A DNA stretch of 64,000 bases from Promethearchaeota archaeon. GTDB lineage: Archaea > Asgardarchaeota > Lokiarchaeia > Sigyniarchaeales > SOKP01. Shown here piece by piece: positions 58,382 to 64,000 of this stretch (its first letter is position 1; each line of letters starts with the position of its first letter). The notes under the pieces were generated by a model. The model did not search any database, was not told where the DNA came from, and saw only the letters and a list, made by a program, of their open reading frames with translations. The stretch covers positions 1 to 64,000 of the forward strand of contig JABCSY010000005.1 of NCBI GenBank assembly GCA_018238625.1, in the 5' to 3' direction. Both the position numbers and the translations under genes were made by a program.

Positions 58382-58710
58382 TTTAAAAGGTTGGAAATTG
58401 ATGTGAAGTAATGTAATCAGGTTTGGTTGACATCTTAATTAATTTCTATCGTCTAATCTATAATATTAATCCAATATTAAGTGTGTGGAGATGATTAGCG
58501 CTAGATTAGGTGATGCTAATATCTCTTCAAAATGAAAAGAACCACTATAAGATCCTTTTTCTACATAAGTAAAAGGGCACAAAAAATGGAGAAGCTCTGA
58601 ATTGGAGCTAAGAATAGCTAATGTGGGAGAAAAAATTGATCAATTTTATTCTAAAAAAAGTCAAAATTAGGAGAAATCTGCTTGGTTTTTTATCTTAAAA
58701 AATAATAAAT

Positions 58711-59190
58711 TTACTTCTTTTCTTTAATTAAATCATCTCCTAAGAACTTATGAACGAATTCAAGAGCACTTTTGTTATCCTCCCAGGTGAGTAAATCCAT
58801 AGCTTCTTCGTATTTACACCATTTCCAACGGTCGTGTTCAATAAGATCAATTTGAGGTGGACCTGGTTCATTTAGCTTAGCAATAAAAAGATATTCAGGG
58901 ATTTCTTTAGTGTCCTCCGGATAGATGTCTTTCCATTTATCTTGCATTGGGATTATGTAAGATATGTCTGTTTTAATTAGTGTAAAAGATTTATAGCCCG
59001 TTTCTTCGAATAACTCTCTTTTGGCGCCTTCAGAGATAGTTTCGTTACCTTCAGGGGCTCCAGTAACTCCTTGCCAAACGCCCCCTCGGCTTATTAATCT
59101 TTTTAGCATTAAATACTCCCAACCATTGGGGGTTTTTCTAACGGGATAGACTAACACCTGTATAGGAATTCTCATTTTTTTCACTAACAC
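58711..59190 (-). CDS. NUDIX hydrolase (NudB-like)
   Basis: WQGVTG..E.NET...GAKRELFEETG, EHD..KW. Confidence 0.9.
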   Translation of the reverse strand: MLVKKMRIPIQVLVYPVRKTPNGWEYLMLKRLISRGGVWQGVTGAPEGNETISEGAKRELFEETGYKSFTLIKTDISYIIPMQDKWKDIYPEDTKEIPEYLFIAKLNEPGPPQIDLIEHDRWKWCKYEEAMDLLTWEDNKSALEFVHKFLGDDLIKEKK

Positions 59191-59204
59191 TTATATTATT
59201 ATTT

Positions 59205-60200
59205 TTATACTCGAGCTGTTTTACGATTTACCAAAATAATTCCTACTATAACTAATAATAAAGCAAATGGATAAACAAAAACATCGAACTGTTCTTGTAA
59301 AAATAAAGCAGAAAATAATACTCCAAATAAGGGAACCAACGCTTGAAATATTGCCGCTCTACTAGCATTTAAACGTTTAACACCTTCTAAGTAGAATGTG
59401 TACGCTACGATCGTAGAAAGAAATGCGAGATACGAGATACCAATCCACACTCGAGGGGGAATGGTTAAGTAAGTTGCTGGAATTATGAATTCTGGATTAA
59501 TAATTAATGCTATAGGAGTAGTTATCAAAAATCCAAATAAAGAAATCCAAGTCATGATCCAGATAGAGCTTGGTTGATAGGATTCAGCGTTTTCGCGAGT
59601 TTTATTTAGGAAAAATCGAGAAATTACCGTATAAATTGCGTAAGCCAATGCTGCTAATAGTATCATAATATCCCCAAGAATTCGATTCTCAACATTTACA
59701 TTCGGAGAAAACCCCACAACAATGGTTACTGCTGTGAATGCTAATAACGAGCCAAACATCTTTCGCCACGCAAATCGCTCAGTTTTTAAGAAAGAACTTG
59801 AAAGAATAACCACCCAAACTGCGTTTGTTGCGATCATAATACTCGCATCACTAGCACTGGTAAGTAACTCCCCTGTTAAATAACCCGCTTGATAGATTGT
59901 CACTGATAATAATCCCATTATAGCTAAAATCTTCCAGTGCTCTTTAGCGAACTTCCAATTTAAAGTTCCTTCCTTAAATCTAAGAATAAGAAAAAAACAT
60001 ATGACAGCTAGGAAATATCGAATCACTGCAATCATAAAGGGAGGGATAGTCGCTCCTCCAACTTCTTCTGAGACTAACCATCTCCCTAATGGCCACGAGC
60101 CCCCCCAAATAATAGAAGTTACGATCATTAATATATATGCAACGATTTCCTGCTTTCTATTAGCATCGGGGGTCGAATCCACCTTTTTTTCACTCCTCAA
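59205..60200 (-). CDS. DMT/EamA family transporter
   Basis: IWGGSW, two EamA repeats, about 10 TM segments. Confidence 0.9.
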   Translation of the reverse strand: MRSEKKVDSTPDANRKQEIVAYILMIVTSIIWGGSWPLGRWLVSEEVGGATIPPFMIAVIRYFLAVICFFLILRFKEGTLNWKFAKEHWKILAIMGLLSVTIYQAGYLTGELLTSASDASIMIATNAVWVVILSSSFLKTERFAWRKMFGSLLAFTAVTIVVGFSPNVNVENRILGDIMILLAALAYAIYTVISRFFLNKTRENAESYQPSSIWIMTWISLFGFLITTPIALIINPEFIIPATYLTIPPRVWIGISYLAFLSTIVAYTFYLEGVKRLNASRAAIFQALVPLFGVLFSALFLQEQFDVFVYPFALLLVIVGIILVNRKTARV

Positions 60201-60284
60201 TGTGATAGTTTATAACTATAATTATGATAAAATAAAGTTTTAGTTAAATTGAAATTAAAAGAAAGCATCCTAAAATAGATAATT

Positions 60285-61031
60285 ATGGTTGCTAAAATTG
60301 TAGACGATTTTTACATCAGAAAGAAATCGAAATTCATGAGAAGTTTTAACGAACGTTTAGCCGTAGTAAATGAAGAACTTCGCAAGAAATTTGATGACAA
60401 GAAGTCTGAAGAACTTATGAGTCAAATGAAAGCGGAATTCGAGAAAATTTTACCGGATATTCCCTATATTGGTGGGCAAAAAAACCCTACTACTTTAGTA
60501 CTCGTTAAATGCGTGTCTGATCTCGCAATATTTCGCATATTAGAGAAAATAGGATTTTCGTTCAAAGAAATAGGGGAGTTTCATTACAATTATGTAATGG
60601 CGGCCCTTAAACTTAGAAAAGAAGCTTTAGAAAAGGCGGGTAGAGATCCATCGCAATACCCTTTCGATCCCGTATACATGGATTACCAAAAAAAATTAAC
60701 TGAAGAAACCCAAATGAAGCTCTATCCAGACGATTGGGTAATGGATTTCATAGAGAGAGAGGGAGATTCTTTTGAATGGGGTTGGGACATTACGGAGTGT
60801 GGAGTACAAAAAGCATTCAAAAAGCTGGGTGATGAGAAATACCTTCCATTCATTTGTTTAGGAGACCACTATGAAGCTGAAGGTTTAGGATTTGGCTTTT
60901 CTCGTACTCAAGCTCTTGGATTTGGTGCTCCGTTCTGTACGCATAGGTTTGTAAAAAATTACAAAACGCCTAGTGCTTGGCCACCTTATGATTTGGAAGA
61001 ATTTGATTCTAAATATTTTCAAGAAAAATAA
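60285..61031 (+). CDS. L-2-amino-thiazoline-4-carboxylic acid hydrolase family protein
   Basis: IPYIGG, DITECG, FIC.GD, RTQAL..GAPFC..RF. Confidence 0.8.
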   Translation: MVAKIVDDFYIRKKSKFMRSFNERLAVVNEELRKKFDDKKSEELMSQMKAEFEKILPDIPYIGGQKNPTTLVLVKCVSDLAIFRILEKIGFSFKEIGEFHYNYVMAALKLRKEALEKAGRDPSQYPFDPVYMDYQKKLTEETQMKLYPDDWVMDFIEREGDSFEWGWDITECGVQKAFKKLGDEKYLPFICLGDHYEAEGLGFGFSRTQALGFGAPFCTHRFVKNYKTPSAWPPYDLEEFDSKYFQEK

Positions 61032-61053
61032 TAACAATTTCTTTTTTTAACGA

Positions 61054-61075
61054 TCGTGAAAGTGTGCTTTCACGA
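61054..61075. terminator. Perfect 9-bp hairpin downstream of the gene
   Basis: TCGTGAAAG-TGTG-CTTTCACGA. Confidence 0.45.
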
Positions 61076-61465
61076 ACTGTTGTTGTAGAAACTTCTATTG
61101 ATAATTTAAAGCAACATTAGAAAATTAATCAAAATGTAAACTTTAATTAAATATTGTCATAAATAAATGAAATGCTTTTTTAGATTAATCTAAATCTTTT
61201 TTATTATACTTAGAAATTTCATAAGAAAGTTCCGACAAAAAACTAACTATGTTATTTAGGCGTTTTAAGTGTTAAATTAATTGTTCTATTGTTATATTTA
61301 CAGAGTTCAGTAATCCGACTTATTTTTAATTTTTGTGTGTAAAATCTTTTCCCATTTGTCGTAGGACATTTTAGAAAACCCGCAGAGATCCTTAACTTTT
61401 TAAATAAGTTCTATAACTATTACTGTAGTTTAAAATTTTTTGTAAAATTTCAATCGAGGAGACGC

Positions 61466-61717
61466 ATGTTTCTAAATTTTAACGTTGAAAGGGTTCAAAT
61501 TGAGGAATTCAAACACCAACTACAGTGGTTTGAAAACGAATTTGACGAAATATTTCAAAACAATTCTGTTAAACTCACTGAATACGAGAAAAATTTAGCT
61601 AATGCGCTGTTGAATAAGTTATCCGAGTCAATTAATCAATGTAAGGACGAAAAGCTTCTCTACGATTTAGTTTCGACCCTCAATTCTATCGAAAAAAAGC
61701 ACCCTGAGTTGTTTTAG
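61466..61717 (+). CDS. Hypothetical helical protein
   Basis: 83-aa ORF with a GAGGAG RBS-like motif upstream. Confidence 0.7.
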   Translation: MFLNFNVERVQIEEFKHQLQWFENEFDEIFQNNSVKLTEYEKNLANALLNKLSESINQCKDEKLLYDLVSTLNSIEKKHPELF

Positions 61718-61865
61718 GCTTTTTTTTGCTTATTATCTAATTTTGTATAAGTATTATTTCGCTATATATTTTTGATTTGTAAAAATTTGGTCCTTATTGT
61801 TTTTTATTTATTTACGTAAATGTTATTGTAACCAAAAAAATAAATTTTGGTCAAAGTGAAATCTA

Positions 61866-64000
61866 ATGAAAAAAATGAAAAAAAGATTAAATTTAATTTT
61901 TTTAATAACTATAATTGCTGGAAGTTCGATTACTTTTTTGAGTTTAATCAATAACCCTATTTTTGACATTGAAAAAGATTCAGAAGTTAATCAAGAAAAG
62001 GAGAAAAATGAGGATGTCTTTAATCCAGAAACATCTACACCTGATTGGGGTTCTATTGATAAACCTCAACCATTAGTAGCTGGCACTCAAGATAACACAT
62101 GGGATGAAACTAATCTAAGGAATAACGATAGTCTAGTGGACTCTACAAATTTTGCTCAAGGTAGTAGCTATTCTCTTCTTAGAGATACTTGTAACCCTTG
62201 TACGGTTCCCAGTTATACTGGAGAATATGGAAGCACCCCTGACGGACTATGGTGGTTTACGGACGCATATAAAGACGACGATGGAGATTACCTTTTCCTT
62301 AGAGCTACCAGGGGGATTTTTTTTAATGAAAATGAATACCCTGGATGGATACATATGACATGGGGCGAATATGCACCTATACCTGAGGAAATATGTCCTC
62401 ATATATATTCTATATCAATTGATTATGAAGTGTGGGTAGACTCCTCTCCAGGAATCTTAGATGAGTCAACTGACCTTAATCTTTGGGTATGGGCTGATCG
62501 TTACAGCCCATTGCTCTTGATCCATCAAATATATACAATAGAAGCAACACCAGCTCATAGGAATCATTATGAAGATACTTGGACTATTACTTCCGGACCA
62601 GTCTTTGATTGGGTTAAAGGTGGTGGCTTTATAAAGCATGTTAGTGTACAAATGTATTGCAATGAAGAAATTGGAACTTATACTTGGCTTAATGTTGACT
62701 ATATTAAAATCAATTATAATTACTATAAATTTGACGTTGATTTTGAATATGTGCTAGATTACGGAACTACTGATTTAGATTTTGTAACAGAATTTGAATT
62801 ACAAATTGATATGGAGGAAACAGTCCCATTTGCAACTGCCTATCTGTTTGATTATGGTTTGTCTGCATATATAGAAGTTGGATTTGTTCAATCTATAGGA
62901 TTAAATACAATTCTAATCAATACAGATGCAGATCACTATTTTGACAGTTCTGGTGAGATGAAATTAAAAATAGCTAGATATGACTATCATGATGAGTGGC
63001 CGTCTTCGGGTTATCAAATCAAGGTTGATATGGTAAAGGTCAATATACTACCTCCAGATCCCCCGCCGAATGTAGAAGTCGATCAAGGGATACACCATAT
63101 TTACTTAACATGGGATACACCCGAAGATTACGGTGTTCCAATCACGCATTATACTGTTTATAGGGGCTTAGTTGAAGGGGGTGTTAAAGACTTTCTTGGA
63201 ACAACAACTACAAATTATTATAATGATACTACAGCTACAATTAATGTTAGATATTATTACGTTATTAGCGCCACTAACATTGTTGAAGAAGGCGCAAATA
63301 GTTCAGAAGTGTCAGGTAAGGCTTATGATCAACCATTCATAGAATTTTTAGACCCAATAGACGGTGATACAATTATATTTCCTTATAATAAAACTGATCA
63401 GTTTGCGCATTGGGTAATGTTCGATTTTAAATATGATTGGGTTGAACTTGATGACGCGGAACTAGTTATAGGTGTAATTAATCATGGAAGTGTGTGGGAT
63501 AAAAATCGCACATTGATTTTTCCATACCAAGATGGTCCTGTTACAGTAACTTTAAACGGTTACAATAATAGTATTTTAGTAGCATCCCATATAATTAGTC
63601 TTACATTTGTAAGAATAGAATTTGAAATAGAAGAGATGCTTGATTTTGGAACAGAAATACATGGTGATAAGCTTTATTTGATTCTTCATGACCCACACGG
63701 AGATCAAAGTTATTCTGGTTTTACTGAAACTTCTACATTATCTATAGGTTTTGGTTATAAAATTACAAACGAAATAGCTGGCCACATAGCTATAGGTGCA
63801 GAATTCGATCTTTTTGGTGTAGAGCTTGGAGCATCTATAGAAACTACCACTACAGAAACTGAAGAAGAGGGCTTTGATTTTCGATTAGAAATGACAGAGA
63901 CTACATCCATTACATCCAATAAATTAGGCGATAATCCTGATTATATCGGACCTGGTTATGGAGATATATATTGGGGTGAGTCGTGGATCTATAAATGGGT
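61866..64000 (+). CDS. Large secreted protein with a fibronectin type III domain, incomplete (runs off the window)
   Basis: Frame is open from ATG 61866 to the window end (manual translation); signal peptide; FN3 PP.PP.V......IYLTWDTP..YG.PITHYTVYRG...YYYVISATN...EG..S at about 63050-63320. Confidence 0.88.
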   Translation, partial: MKKMKKRLNLIFLITIIAGSSITFLSLINNPIFDIEKDSEVNQEKEKNEDVFNPETSTPDWGSIDKPQPLVAGTQDNTWDETNLRNNDSLVDSTNFAQGSSYSLLRDTCNPCTVPSYTGEYGSTPDGLWWFTDAYKDDDGDYLFLRATRGIFFNENEYPGWIHMTWGEYAPIPEEICPHIYSISIDYEVWVDSSPGILDESTDLNLWVWADRYSPLLLIHQIYTIEATPAHRNHYEDTWTITSGPVFDWVKGGGFIKHVSVQMYCNEEIGTYTWLNVDYIKINYNYYKFDVDFEYVLDYGTTDLDFVTEFELQIDMEETVPFATAYLFDYGLSAYIEVGFVQSIGLNTILINTDADHYFDSSGEMKLKIARYDYHDEWPSSGYQIKVDMVKVNILPPDPPPNVEVDQGIHHIYLTWDTPEDYGVPITHYTVYRGLVEGGVKDFLGTTTTNYYNDTTATINVRYYYVISATNIVEEGANSSEVSGKAYDQPFIEFLDPIDGDTIIFPYNKTDQFAHWVMFDFKYDWVELDDAELVIGVINHGSVWDKNRTLIFPYQDGPVTVTLNGYNNSILVASHIISLTFVRIEFEIEEMLDFGTEIHGDKLYLILHDPHGDQSYSGFTETSTLSIGFGYKITNEIAGHIAIGAEFDLFGVELGASIETTTTETEEEGFDFRLEMTETTSITSNKLGDNPDYIGPGYGDIYWGESWIYKW

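Noticed and set aside
62152-62651. Short ORFs 62152-62358 (+) and 62466-62651 (-)
   Set aside because: They lie inside the long open frame starting at 61866.
1-64000. tRNA or rRNA genes
   Set aside because: No GC-rich cloverleaf (no T-arm GTTCRAATC in proper context) or rRNA-like segment was seen by eye; tRNAscan-SE/Infernal would be needed to exclude them fully.

Overview
AT-rich archaeal chromosomal segment. The gene content points to an Asgard archaeon, probably Lokiarchaeia (an inference, not a taxonomic search): two Roadblock/LC7 genes, a vWA-zinc-finger protein, an SDS22-like LRR protein, many TM-anchored surface proteins, archaeal-type MetRS and GGTGA-type RBSs. I found no rRNA, tRNA or CRISPR array. 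The window holds housekeeping and metabolic genes (metG, acyl-CoA dehydrogenase, enoyl-CoA hydratase, M20 peptidase, PfkB, transporters), a tusA-dsrEFH-dsrE2 sulfur-relay operon, one intact tnpA-less IS200/IS605-type element with tnpB (17809-19142), three tandem beta-helix surface proteins, and many gene fragments or pseudogenes. Most notable: (1) a GC-rich six-repeat surface propeller with a near-invariant DNA scaffold and a few hypervariable codons; (2) a vWA plus two zinc-finger protein resembling eukaryotic TFIIH p44/Ssl1; (3) a highly divergent RtcB-fold protein that keeps most catalytic motifs; (4) a secreted FN3 protein with an aerolysin-like hairpin, running off the window; (5) a TnpB with a rearranged RuvC-II; (6) an unannotated 37-aa peptide closing the sulfur-relay operon. 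All family calls come from motif recognition by eye, not from database searches.
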